A stretch of 39,086 nt of DNA from Thermotogaceae bacterium (lineage in GTDB: Bacteria; Thermotogota; Thermotogae; B21-G9; HyVt-16). The position numbers and the translations under genes were made by a program. Location of the stretch: contig DQYP01000172.1 of NCBI GenBank assembly GCA_011043375.1, positions 1 to 39,086 on the forward strand, in the 5' to 3' direction. The notes beneath the pieces are model-generated. The model did no database searches and had not been told where the DNA came from. It saw nothing but the letters and a program-made list of their open reading frames with translations. Below, one piece after another: positions 9,526-18,414 of this stretch (positions are counted from its first letter, which is position 1; each line of letters begins with the position of its first letter).

Positions 9526-10820
9526 TGTTTTATACACCGCGCACAATAAATTGGAGTAAAATCTCAGAGAAACCTCTAGCACTTCCTACACATTCGTTTG
9601 TGCATTGGGATTTTTCAAATGGGGCACCACATAGCCTTAAAACCATTCCTGTTTCTTTCTTAAATTCGGATTTTCAGATACAAACTCTCATAAAAATAGA
9701 TGATACATTCTATGCATCCGCCTACAACATGACTAATGACAAAGGTTATATTTTTAAATTTCACCTCGATCAGAACGAGGATATAATCTTGGACACTCAA
9801 AAAGAAGTCACTATAGTTGAAGATTCGGTTACCTACGCCGTACCGACAGCTATGCTTTATTTAGATGGATATATCTATTATGTTTTAAGCACCGACCCCT
9901 TTACGGAGATGTATATTTATCGAATTGATACTGATTTAAACACTCCTGAGTTTATAAAACACGAAAACAGTTTCTCCTGTATCGGAATGGTCTATTATAA
10001 AGGAAAAATTTACGGGCATTCAAGCGTTGCCGAAGGCAACATCATTTACGTGATGGATACGTCATTTAATTTGATAGATCAATTTGAGTTGCCTTATGGT
10101 GATGAAATATTCGTGCTCTCAGGGCACGGGGATATGACAGTTTATCAAAACAAACTCCTCTACACGGCATACGGGGCGTTGTATTATGTTCTAATCGATC
10201 CTGAAACATGGGAAATTGAAGCACGCCCTGCTAAATGGCATACAAATAAATGGTTTGAATGGGATGGAAAACATCTATGGATGTCCTTAGGGGACGGTGC
10301 TTATACTTACTTGGTAAAAGCCGATTCTTCTGTCTTATTGGGTGATGGTATTTATCTTGCTCAATTTCATCCAGTTGAAACCACATCAAAAAACCTGATT
10401 TTTGACTCCAACGGCCTGTGCCCTGTTTCCGATTACGCGAGGATTTTCGTGCCTTATCAAGCAAAAATATTTGGAGCGCGTTTTATAAGATTGAGTGATA
10501 CAAACGGCGAAGCGTATATTGATTTGTTCTTTTCGCTGGGTTATGTGCACTTGATTTTTGATTCAACCGATGTTTTAGTTAAACAAGGCAATACTACCAC
10601 CTCTATCCAGAGTATCACATGGGATATTGGAACACCTCTCGATGCTTCTATAGATTTGTATCGAAACCTGTTACATGTAACTGTAGGTGGTTCCACTTAT
10701 TCAATTGATCTTGATGATGTTTTAACACTTCGGAATACTGAAGAACAAGTCACATTGCCACGCTATTTTATTTCAGTCCCTGCAGGAGCTAGTATAAAAT
10801 ATGCTTTCATTCAGTATTAA
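9525..10820 (+). CDS. hypothetical tail/baseplate protein
   Basis: 431-aa ORF coupled by a TAATG overlap. Beta-rich and aromatic-rich sequence with repeated Y/W segments. Function assigned by position only. Confidence 0.6.
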   Translation: MFYTPRTINWSKISEKPLALPTHSFVHWDFSNGAPHSLKTIPVSFLNSDFQIQTLIKIDDTFYASAYNMTNDKGYIFKFHLDQNEDIILDTQKEVTIVEDSVTYAVPTAMLYLDGYIYYVLSTDPFTEMYIYRIDTDLNTPEFIKHENSFSCIGMVYYKGKIYGHSSVAEGNIIYVMDTSFNLIDQFELPYGDEIFVLSGHGDMTVYQNKLLYTAYGALYYVLIDPETWEIEARPAKWHTNKWFEWDGKHLWMSLGDGAYTYLVKADSSVLLGDGIYLAQFHPVETTSKNLIFDSNGLCPVSDYARIFVPYQAKIFGARFIRLSDTNGEAYIDLFFSLGYVHLIFDSTDVLVKQGNTTTSIQSITWDIGTPLDASIDLYRNLLHVTVGGSTYSIDLDDVLTLRNTEEQVTLPRYFISVPAGASIKYAFIQY

Positions 10821-10832
10821 GGAGGTGGTGTT

Positions 10833-11105
10833 GTGGAATGGATGAAAGATTTCTGGATGTGGGTTTTGATTGGTGCTTTGATTATCGGTGGAGCGCTTTA
10901 TATTTTCTTTCCTCAAGATCAACAGAGCGACAAGGTTATCCTGCAGTGGCAAAACGCAAGCAAACAGGGAGTTATCATAGTGAAAGTTTTTGAGTTAGAC
11001 ACAGAGAAAGCGTTAGATATTTTTAAGCAAACTTATCCTGATTATGTTATAATAGATTACACTAAAACAGAAGATGGGATATTGATAAAAGCGCGCAAAA
11101 AATAA
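10833..11105 (+). CDS. small membrane protein (one N-terminal TM helix)
   Basis: GTG start after GGAGGTGG. FWMWVLIGALIIGGALYIFF is a TM segment. Confidence 0.55.
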   Translation: MEWMKDFWMWVLIGALIIGGALYIFFPQDQQSDKVILQWQNASKQGVIIVKVFELDTEKALDIFKQTYPDYVIIDYTKTEDGILIKARKK

Positions 11106-11125
11106 TCTAGAGAGGAGGCCAAAAC

Positions 11126-11458
11126 ATGGAGCACAGAGAATTTGAACAGGATGTGGTTGAAAGGCTTGCGGGTATTGAGACCGCTATAAAATACCTCTCA
11201 GAAGAAGTGATGGGGCTCAAAGATGACATTGAATATATTCGTTCCCAACTTGAGGAAAGAATTGCCGAAAATGGCCGCCAATCAGCTACCTTAGAACACC
11301 ACGCACATGGTTTGGCCGAATTAAGAGAAGATTATACAGCGCTGGAAACCAAAACTGATTCTTTAGGAAAGAAAGTTTGGACATTGTGGGGGATAGCAAT
11401 AACAGCAAGTGTAATGATTCCTATTATTATTCAAATCATTGCAACATTAGTGAGGTGA
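11126..11458 (+). CDS. coiled-coil protein with C-terminal TM helix (XhlA-like lysis-associated architecture)
   Basis: RBS GAGGAGG. The N-terminus is a heptad-like coiled coil and the C-terminus VWTLWGIAITASVMIPIIIQIIATLV is a TM segment. This architecture resembles the XhlA family. Confidence 0.45.
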   Translation: MEHREFEQDVVERLAGIETAIKYLSEEVMGLKDDIEYIRSQLEERIAENGRQSATLEHHAHGLAELREDYTALETKTDSLGKKVWTLWGIAITASVMIPIIIQIIATLVR

Positions 11459-11463
11459 CCTAA

Positions 11464-11844
11464 ATTGGGGAGAAATACTTAGGGAGGCATTTAATAGCTT
11501 CGTTTTACAATTGTCAGCGCGAAGACCTTCTAACAGACCCAGCCCGTCTTTTAAAGCTGTTATGGATGGCAGCGATAAAAGCCAACGCAACACCCCTCGA
11601 AAGCGAATATCATTATTTTGATAACGGTGGAGTTTCAGTAATGGTTATAGTTGCAGAATCACATCTTTCAATTCACACATGGCCTGAGTACAATTATGCC
11701 GAAATAGACATTTACACTTGCGGTGAGACGTTGCCCGAAGCAGCGCTACACTATCTTGAAAATGCCATAGATCCCGATTTTATAGATGTAATAACTTTAA
11801 ACAGGGGCAACACTCAGATAATTAAGAGTTTATCGGGGAGGTGA
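11464..11844 (+). CDS. speH: S-adenosylmethionine decarboxylase proenzyme (pyruvoyl-dependent, SpeH/SpeD type) with no canonical start codon
   Basis: The frame is open from 11464 and encodes ..KYLGRHLIASFYNCQREDL..GVSVMVIVAESHLSIHTWPEYNYAEIDIYTCGE... That is collinear with Thermotoga maritima SpeH, including the ES self-cleavage site. The first in-frame ATG (11566) would delete the conserved N-terminal 34 residues. GAGGTGA lies at 11452-11458. Confidence 0.75.
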   Translation: MGEKYLGRHLIASFYNCQREDLLTDPARLLKLLWMAAIKANATPLESEYHYFDNGGVSVMVIVAESHLSIHTWPEYNYAEIDIYTCGETLPEAALHYLENAIDPDFIDVITLNRGNTQIIKSLSGR

Positions 11845-12203
11845 AACAAGTGGTCATTACTACAGGAGATAAACCAACAGAGATAGCAATTTTGAACGTT
11901 TTAGACGACATAAAAAGAGGTAAGTGCAGAGTAAGATATGCTTTCAGATATGCATTTAAAGAAACCACCCAAACTGTGGAGGAAGTTGATCCCGAAACAG
12001 GCGAAGAAGCTCCAAAAGAACTCCCAGCTTGGCAATATGAAGAAGTTATCGATGAGATAGAACTCCCGCTATATTTAAAACCAAATTTAGAGTCAATCTT
12101 AAAAACACTTTACGAGCAATCTATCCCTACTTTAGAAGAGTTAACTACTTTAGCAAACTTTGAACTTCCAAAGGAGATTTCATTAAGTGAAGGTGATAAC
12201 TAA
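11841..12203 (+). CDS. hypothetical acidic protein
   Basis: GTG start overlapping the speH stop (GTGA). 120 aa. Confidence 0.55.
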   Translation: MKQVVITTGDKPTEIAILNVLDDIKRGKCRVRYAFRYAFKETTQTVEEVDPETGEEAPKELPAWQYEEVIDEIELPLYLKPNLESILKTLYEQSIPTLEELTTLANFELPKEISLSEGDN

Positions 12204-13486
12204 TGGCGCTGCATAAAACTAATTACGGTCTCATATATAATGATGATGGTTCTCTTTGTGTTACGATCAGAGATGATGACGTGCCGTTTTCTGGTGTTAG
12301 AAGTTTTGCTGTGGAGGAATGGACAACAAATTATTTTGGCTCTGATGCGTGGAACTTTGATAGTGATCAGTCGACATTTTATCCGTACGCGCTTGCTTCG
12401 GGGAAAACATGGGAAGACTGTTGGGATGAAAGCCAACGAGCTTACATAGGGGGGGACAATCTAACTGTATATCGTATTTACACTCAATCCATAGATTTAG
12501 GTCAGGTTTATTCAGCTGGCACAAAAATAACTGTTTCTTGGAAACATAAAGGTTATTTATGGTTTGTTAGGTTGTTTTATTCAGAGAATGGAACTGATTT
12601 TACAGCTTGGAACAAAGATACAGATGATATACAAATCTACGGCGATGCTTCACTTGATTTTTGGGAAGGTTCAAATGGTCTTCACATAAAGATCAATGGT
12701 ATCCGCACAAATCATAGTGGTCATCCAGAACAATTGCTGGATAAGTGGTATGATGTAAAAATTACTTATACTCTACCAACTGACGCAAGATACATTAAAT
12801 TCGTTTGGGATTTTTACTGGGCTTATAAAGCGAATAATGGCAAGGGTGTATCAGGTTATATTCACCACCCCCAATTAGAAGTCAAACCCTTCGCCACATC
12901 ATTTGTGGATGGGAGTAGACCAAGAGGAAAACTACATATACCTTCTAATAGTTTGGGCTTCAATCCTCCCGCTGATGACTGGGTAATAGCATATTGGAAA
13001 AAACCAATCGGAACTCATATTGGTGATTTAAATGGTTATAACATAGACAGTTTGGGTGAGCCAACTTCAGGAAATCTCTATATTTGGTGGGGCAAAAATA
13101 AAGGTACAAACGAGTTGTGGTTGAATGTTTGGGATGGTTCTTCCGTTTTTCATACAGCAGTGCCATTAGATGTAAACGATTTCTTCAATAAGTGGCATTT
13201 TATAGTTTTAACAAAAGTAGGTGATGTTTTTACTTTATATTATGATGGTGAACAGATATTGCAAATGATAAAAAATGTTTCAGCTCTTGCAATGCCAACA
13301 ACAGGTTTGTTGTTGGCGGATTGGATAGGAAATTCTGCTGAGCCGTGTACCAGTTTATTTTCCAACCTCTACATCGGCAAAGCTAAAGACGAAAACGGTC
13401 ATTTAATCTGGGATGAAAGTTACATCCAACAGCTTTATCAAGCGAAAAGGCCATTTAGTGTGCCGCCCAAATTACCAATTCTATAA
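12203..13486 (+). CDS. tail fibre / receptor-binding candidate with C-terminal LamG (concanavalin A-like) domain
   Basis: TAATG coupling. The C-terminal ~170 aa (..WHFIVLTKVGDVFTLYYDGEQI..SLFSNLYIGKA..) has a Laminin-G_3-like pattern. Confidence 0.5.
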   Translation: MALHKTNYGLIYNDDGSLCVTIRDDDVPFSGVRSFAVEEWTTNYFGSDAWNFDSDQSTFYPYALASGKTWEDCWDESQRAYIGGDNLTVYRIYTQSIDLGQVYSAGTKITVSWKHKGYLWFVRLFYSENGTDFTAWNKDTDDIQIYGDASLDFWEGSNGLHIKINGIRTNHSGHPEQLLDKWYDVKITYTLPTDARYIKFVWDFYWAYKANNGKGVSGYIHHPQLEVKPFATSFVDGSRPRGKLHIPSNSLGFNPPADDWVIAYWKKPIGTHIGDLNGYNIDSLGEPTSGNLYIWWGKNKGTNELWLNVWDGSSVFHTAVPLDVNDFFNKWHFIVLTKVGDVFTLYYDGEQILQMIKNVSALAMPTTGLLLADWIGNSAEPCTSLFSNLYIGKAKDENGHLIWDESYIQQLYQAKRPFSVPPKLPIL

Positions 13487-13499
13487 GGGAGGTGAATTT

Positions 13500-13787
13500 A
13501 TGAACGAGTGGATAGCTTTGTTGGTAGGTTTTCTGCTTCCACCACTTTTTGCTTGGATTTTAGCTTTGATAAAACCTGCTTCCGTGGCAACTTTTCTTGC
13601 AAAAACACTCTCTAAACTCACAAAAGACTCCAAAGTTAGAAACAAAGTTGAAAATCTTATAGGGGTTAAGTTGCTTGAGATCGGAACGGCTATAGTTGCC
13701 GAAACTCCTGATAATCAAGAAGTGGCAAAACACATAACCGAAATCAAAGCAAATATTGAAGTTTTGAAAAAGCTTATGCAAAAGTGA
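13500..13787 (+). CDS. holin-like small membrane protein
   Basis: ATG 13500 follows AGGGAGGTGA. It has an N-terminal TM (WIALLVGFLLPPLFAWILALI) and a charged helical tail, and sits directly upstream of the endolysin candidate. Confidence 0.5.
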   Translation: MNEWIALLVGFLLPPLFAWILALIKPASVATFLAKTLSKLTKDSKVRNKVENLIGVKLLEIGTAIVAETPDNQEVAKHITEIKANIEVLKKLMQK

Positions 13788-13791
13788 GGCG

Positions 13792-14364
13792 ATGATTATG
13801 ATTGAAATGGTAGAGTATGAATTGGGGGATGTGTTACTCTTACCCAAAGATAAAGCTGTGGGAATTTATACTTGGGTTAAGGAAAAATTTGGCAAAAAAG
13901 TTGCCGATACGTTAGCTGCGTTAGAACATCACAATTACATCCATGCTGAACTTTACGTAGGTGGCGGGTATGTCTTAGCAGCTTGGACTAATGGCGTACA
14001 TCTGATCAGTTATCCTCTTAGTGTTTTCAAAAACTTTGATGTTTACCGACACCCAAAACTCTTGAATAAAACTGAAGAGGCAAAACGTATTCGGGAGTGC
14101 TTCGCTGCAAATGTCAGGAAATACTTCAACAAACCTTACGATTTTGTGAGTCTTCTTTTGAACGCTCTGCCTGAGATTTTGTCTTTTGGTTTTGAACCTT
14201 TAGAGAGAATGGTGGAGTCAAAACTGCCTTATGATAACCCAGAAGCTATGATATGCTCTGAATTAGTTGCGCGAATGTATGAGCAATGCGGTATAATAAT
14301 TGAACCGAAGGCGGAATTTGTAACACCTGACGATCTTGCGGAGCATTTTATTCAGATTGCGTAA
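13792..14364 (+). CDS. permuted papain-fold (NlpC/P60, YiiX/YaeF-like) peptidase; endolysin candidate
   Basis: The His-containing segment YIHAELYVGGG comes before the Cys segment MICSELVARMYEQCG. This permuted order is typical of the YiiX family. Position in the lysis region supports the call. Confidence 0.5.
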   Translation: MIMIEMVEYELGDVLLLPKDKAVGIYTWVKEKFGKKVADTLAALEHHNYIHAELYVGGGYVLAAWTNGVHLISYPLSVFKNFDVYRHPKLLNKTEEAKRIRECFAANVRKYFNKPYDFVSLLLNALPEILSFGFEPLERMVESKLPYDNPEAMICSELVARMYEQCGIIIEPKAEFVTPDDLAEHFIQIA

Positions 14365-14376
14365 AGGGGGCGTCTT

Positions 14377-15204
14377 ATGGTTGAGAGATTGGCTTTCTCT
14401 AAGTTTCAACTGGAAGACGAGGTAATTAGCGCTGGTTATGCACACCTCTGGATTAAGAAACCTTTTATAAAACTTTTGCCTATAGGAGATGTACATTTAG
14501 GCTCACCAACGAATATGTTTTCTAAACTAAAGCAGATTCTAGAGAATTTGGATAACGACACATACATAGTTCTTTTAGGTGATATGATTGATTTAGCTCT
14601 GCGAGACTCTCTGGGAGATGTTTATCATGCAACTGCGGCGCCTGATGAGCAACTATACGCTTTTAAAGAATTGTTAATAAAACACAAAGATCGGATTTTA
14701 GGAGTTATTGATGGAAATCACGAGGAAAGATTATCTAAGAGAATAGGAGTCAGACCTGTTGCTGAGTGGTGCGATTTTCTTGAAATTCCTTATTCACCGC
14801 ACGTGTTGGTTCTTGATTTGGCTGTAGGAACAGGTCAAGGAAGAGGCAGCAGAGGAAGATCAAATTATATTATAGTGCTTTATCACGGTTCAACAGGTGC
14901 TAGAACCATCGGAGGAAAGATAAACGGAAACGCTCGAATTTTAGAAGTCATACCCGACGCTGATTTATATCTAACAGGGCATACACATCAACCTTCTGTA
15001 GTGCATTTAGCAAGGCTAACTGTGGATAAGTACAATAAAAAACTTAGAAAAGTTTCTTCTATGTTGATAACGATACCAGCATGGTTGGGGTATGAAGAAT
15101 ATGCAGCGAGACAAGCTTTCAGACCTTCTGCAACTGGAACGGTTTTGATAACGCTGGATGGAAAAGATAAGCGCATCAGCACTTCTATATCCATGGAACT
15201 TTAA
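14377..15204 (+). CDS. calcineurin-like metallophosphoesterase
   Basis: All signature motifs are present: GDVHLG, LLGDMIDL, DGNHEE, LYHGS, TGHTHQ. Confidence 0.8.
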   Translation: MVERLAFSKFQLEDEVISAGYAHLWIKKPFIKLLPIGDVHLGSPTNMFSKLKQILENLDNDTYIVLLGDMIDLALRDSLGDVYHATAAPDEQLYAFKELLIKHKDRILGVIDGNHEERLSKRIGVRPVAEWCDFLEIPYSPHVLVLDLAVGTGQGRGSRGRSNYIIVLYHGSTGARTIGGKINGNARILEVIPDADLYLTGHTHQPSVVHLARLTVDKYNKKLRKVSSMLITIPAWLGYEEYAARQAFRPSATGTVLITLDGKDKRISTSISMEL

Positions 15205-15212
15205 CTATACTC

Positions 15213-15254
15213 CCCGCCCCTCAATGCTGATGCGCTCAATGCCTGAGGGGCGGG
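15213..15254 (+). terminator. GC-rich hairpin (11-bp stem, 20-nt loop) after the phosphoesterase gene
   Basis: CCCGCCCCTCA (15213-15223) pairs with TGAGGGGCGGG (15244-15254). It is followed by an AT-rich tract with no clean T-run. Confidence 0.3.
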
Positions 15255-15283
15255 CATTTATAAATTTTGGAAGGAGGAATAAT

Positions 15284-15688
15284 ATGCCGAGGTATAAAAA
15301 CATAGGTACCAAGGATATTCTCTTAAAAGGTGAGATAATAAAACCAGGCAAAGAAGTTGTGCTTGATCATTATGTGAATATAGAAAATCTAGCATTGATA
15401 GATAATACACCGCTTCCCAAAAACACTCTGCTTTCCGATGAGGTGGCTCTTGCCGCCACGGACACAGCTGTCTACACAATTCCTTGGGGTGATATGGCAG
15501 AACAAGCTACATTGCATATCCATGTCATTGGAAAGGTCTATGTTTACTTCAATGAAAGTGATGATGATAAAATAATTTTAAATAACGCTCAACTGCTGCA
15601 CGAAATAACCCCTAAAAACGTGGCATCTATCAAGATTGAGGCTGTTGAAGACAGTACGGTGATTATAAACATAGTAAAATCGTTTTGA
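15284..15688 (+). CDS. hypothetical protein (MPRY paralogue B)
   Basis: ATG 15284 follows GGAAGGAGG. Resembles ORF 9130..9525. Confidence 0.6.
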   Translation: MPRYKNIGTKDILLKGEIIKPGKEVVLDHYVNIENLALIDNTPLPKNTLLSDEVALAATDTAVYTIPWGDMAEQATLHIHVIGKVYVYFNESDDDKIILNNAQLLHEITPKNVASIKIEAVEDSTVIINIVKSF

Positions 15689-15703
15689 GGTACTCAAATG
15701 CCT

Positions 15704-15753
15704 GCCGACACAGTCCCCTGGGGTCTCGTCCACTAGGGATCGGCTGTGTCGGC
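15704..15753. terminator. hairpin between the convergent late (+) and early (-) transcription units
   Basis: GCCGACACAG (15704-15713) pairs with CTGTGTCGGC (15744-15753). The right arm overlaps the 3' end of the - strand ORF. Confidence 0.4.
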
Positions 15754-16284
15754 TAATTTGCTATTCTTAAGTTTCTTTTTCTGGAGTTTAAGGATGTCAG
15801 CTGCCATTTCTCTTACAAAGTCGGGTTCATCTGTGAAGTAAGCCCGCCACCAACCAAATTCTCTTAATTGGAAACACTCTTTTGGAAAGTAAATTTCATT
15901 ATCTGCTAAACTTTCATCAAGTTTTGGAAAATATTCTTCATACCCGTATTTGACTAATGGTTTCACATATACATTATAATGTTTTGTGCCCAATCTTACT
16001 TTCGATACATCTATGTGATATAATAATAAGTTTATCACAACTCTTTTTCTTTCGTGCACTTTATGCATAGCTTTTGCTATCATGCGTTCGAAACACTTTT
16101 CAAATGCATCTTGTGCTTTCTTGATAAGGGTGCTGGAGGCTATTCCTTGCCTCCAGCTTGGAAACTCTGAGATCCTTTCAACCGCCGAATAAAGATCCAT
16201 ACAGAGCCATTCGATTTTTATTTTTATTGTATCACCTCCAGTATCTTCTGTTGCGCCTTGAGAACCCTCATATAGTATTCCCAT
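15733..16284 (-). CDS. hypothetical protein (start ambiguous: 16284 or internal ATG 16200)
   Basis: Last ORF of the leftward early operon. The 16284 start would overlap the upstream gene by 61 nt. Confidence 0.5.
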   Translation of the reverse strand: MGILYEGSQGATEDTGGDTIKIKIEWLCMDLYSAVERISEFPSWRQGIASSTLIKKAQDAFEKCFERMIAKAMHKVHERKRVVINLLLYHIDVSKVRLGTKHYNVYVKPLVKYGYEEYFPKLDESLADNEIYFPKECFQLREFGWWRAYFTDEPDFVREMAADILKLQKKKLKNSKLADTADP

Positions 16285-16745
16285 CCATCATCCCCGTTGA
16301 ATCTTTTGATAGCACATACCAGATCACCTTCACACACAAATTTATACAATAGACATAGATAGCGGTATCCAATGCGGATTTGCATAACTGGAAATTTAAT
16401 AAGCTCAGAATGATGCTTTATTCTTATTAAGAAAGAGCGTATGGAAGGGTAGAAATTTGCTACATACCAAGTTGCTACCGCATGCAGTTGCATATATCCA
16501 ATTGCCTTTCCTCCATCTCCCACCAGATTTCTAAAATCACTCTCGGCTTTCATAATAGCCAATACTATTAGTGGGTCAATTTCTTTACAGTATTGTGTGT
16601 GCTCCTCGATGATTGCCTCAGCTATAGCTTGAGCACGATTGAATGGAATTTTATAATGCACAAGTAAATTAGTAATTTGATCGCTATTCCATGCAAAACT
16701 TAAGACTATAATTCCTACTCCCAAAAGCACGAATAACTTCTTCAT
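16224..16745 (-). CDS. secreted lytic transglycosylase (SLT domain)
   Basis: ATG 16745 lies 6 nt after AAGGAGG. It has signal peptide MKKLFVLLGVGIIVLSFAW and the SLT motifs AIMKAESDF and AIGYMQL. Confidence 0.75.
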   Translation of the reverse strand: MKKLFVLLGVGIIVLSFAWNSDQITNLLVHYKIPFNRAQAIAEAIIEEHTQYCKEIDPLIVLAIMKAESDFRNLVGDGGKAIGYMQLHAVATWYVANFYPSIRSFLIRIKHHSELIKFPVMQIRIGYRYLCLLYKFVCEGDLVCAIKRFNGDDGWEYYMRVLKAQQKILEVIQ

Positions 16746-16818
16746 TGGCATCCTCCTTTCGGTGTATAAGTTCAAATAAACGAGAAATAATGGTGTTTTT
16801 AGGGATAATCTACGTTAA

Positions 16819-17091
16819 TCACCATGCTTCGCCTGTTTCATGATGGAGCACTCTAATATCTTCCTTTCCACCGACCAGAATTTTATATCTCACCCCTTTT
16901 TCAAAACCGTATCTTCTGAAAGCTTGCAGCACTTTACGTACAGTTGCAGGATTGTTAAATTTGATAGTTTCTACCTCATCAAAGTTGCCAAGATAGATAT
17001 ATAGTGCTTTGCGCTGTTCATCCACAGTGATCTCAATTATCTTATCAAATGGTATAAATGTCGATTTATTTCTCTCAAGTATTTCGATCAT
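16819..17091 (-). CDS. hypothetical protein
   Basis: RBS AAGGAGG and an ATGA overlap with the upstream gene. Confidence 0.6.
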   Translation of the reverse strand: MIEILERNKSTFIPFDKIIEITVDEQRKALYIYLGNFDEVETIKFNNPATVRKVLQAFRRYGFEKGVRYKILVGGKEDIRVLHHETGEAW

Positions 17092-17375
17092 CCTCTCGCC
17101 TCCTTTAGAATTTTTGAAATTTTATTCAAGAAATTCTGGAGTTTTTTAGAGTTGTGATAAGCCCAGTCGTCAATATCATTAAAGCTCTCCCATTGGAAGA
17201 TCAAATGAGCTTCATAAAGGTTTCCCTCAAGAAACCCCATTTCCAACTTTATTCCTTTGGTTTCATCGATGGGAAAGGTTATGGTGTGTTTTTCATCGTT
17301 AAAATCAATGTAAGAAGGATTGAAATATTCATTTATGGTTTCTAAAATTTTCTGTTCAAGCTTACTTATAATCAT
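17088..17375 (-). CDS. hypothetical protein
   Basis: Operon-coupled by ATGA overlaps on both sides. Confidence 0.6.
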   Translation of the reverse strand: MIISKLEQKILETINEYFNPSYIDFNDEKHTITFPIDETKGIKLEMGFLEGNLYEAHLIFQWESFNDIDDWAYHNSKKLQNFLNKISKILKEARG

Positions 17376-17596
17376 TCATCCCACCCCCTTCTCAATTCCT
17401 TAAGAGCTTCGAGTTCTTCGTAATAGTCTTCTACTATTTCGGAATAATTAGTCTTGCCAATCGTTGTTAGTAGCACTCCATTAAATTTAACTTCAACATC
17501 GCAGCCTAATTTTTCTTTCATCTTCAACATTTCTTTTGCACATTCATCGATGGTAGTTCCTGCTAAACATTCCATTTTTATCAGCAATACACTCAT
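17372..17596 (-). CDS. hypothetical protein
   Basis: Operon-coupled by an ATGA overlap. Confidence 0.6.
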   Translation of the reverse strand: MSVLLIKMECLAGTTIDECAKEMLKMKEKLGCDVEVKFNGVLLTTIGKTNYSEIVEDYYEELEALKELRRGWDE

Positions 17597-18390
17597 TCTA
17601 TCACTTCCTCTTCTGTTTCGGTTTTAAGACTTTGGATCTTCTTTTTGAGTGCTTCTATAAGTTGTGAGGCTTGATTTCTGTCAATCTCTTTGAGAGATTC
17701 CACTCCAATTTGCTTCTTGATCTGTTGTTTTAACACCTCAGGGTTAACATCAGCTCTTTTAGCCCAATCGTTTATAAGGGCATGGATGTATTTAAGTTGA
17801 TTCTCTGAGACTGCTGGGGTCTGTTCTTCTTGAATCTGTTGATTGACTTCTTTGATTTCCATTTCTTCGTGTTCAATTTCTTCTTGCTCTCTGAACTCTC
17901 TTCCAAGTAATTGCAGTATAGCTCTGTTCTTTGCTTTGGTCACTGCAATTCGCGGTAGGAAGGAATACATCCTGATAAGATGGTTAATATACTCCAGTTG
18001 TAAATCAGGTGTTGGGAAAGCTGGAATTTTGCCCCATGGTGAATCAATAGTGCCTGTGCTCATAACCTCTTCTCGCGTTATCTCCTTCCTCTTGATCTTT
18101 TTAAGCATTTTCTGCAGGAAAGTTTTATATGCTTCGGTTACGTATTCTAACCTAACCCATTCTTCCGCTTCCACTCCATCCCTCGTGCGTGCCTTTACTA
18201 CCACTTCAACCCCTTTTTCATCTGCGTGGTGATATACAACGTATGTTGAAATGCCTCTATCTACGCCTTGTTTTATAACCGCAGCGGCGTTAGGTACTTT
18301 TTGGTTTTCTACGATATAATACCCATCACGTTTTTGAATATAATCCATAACGATTGATCCCTTATCCTCATATCGCTGGATTTCTGCCAT
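17593..18390 (-). CDS. hypothetical protein; the C-terminal helical module (..NQLKYIHALI..NQASQLIEALKK) resembles DNA-metabolism accessory domains
   Basis: ATG 18390 lies 6 nt after GGGAGGG. No family assigned with confidence. Confidence 0.55.
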   Translation of the reverse strand: MAEIQRYEDKGSIVMDYIQKRDGYYIVENQKVPNAAAVIKQGVDRGISTYVVYHHADEKGVEVVVKARTRDGVEAEEWVRLEYVTEAYKTFLQKMLKKIKRKEITREEVMSTGTIDSPWGKIPAFPTPDLQLEYINHLIRMYSFLPRIAVTKAKNRAILQLLGREFREQEEIEHEEMEIKEVNQQIQEEQTPAVSENQLKYIHALINDWAKRADVNPEVLKQQIKKQIGVESLKEIDRNQASQLIEALKKKIQSLKTETEEEVIE

Positions 18391-18414
18391 AAACATCCCT
18401 CCCTTTTGGAAACT

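Noticed and set aside
11566-11844. ATG 11566 as the start of the SAM decarboxylase gene, as in the ORF track
   Set aside because: The upstream in-frame sequence encodes the conserved LGRHL..FY.C.RE N-terminus of SpeH. A strong SD precedes 11464, and none precedes 11566.
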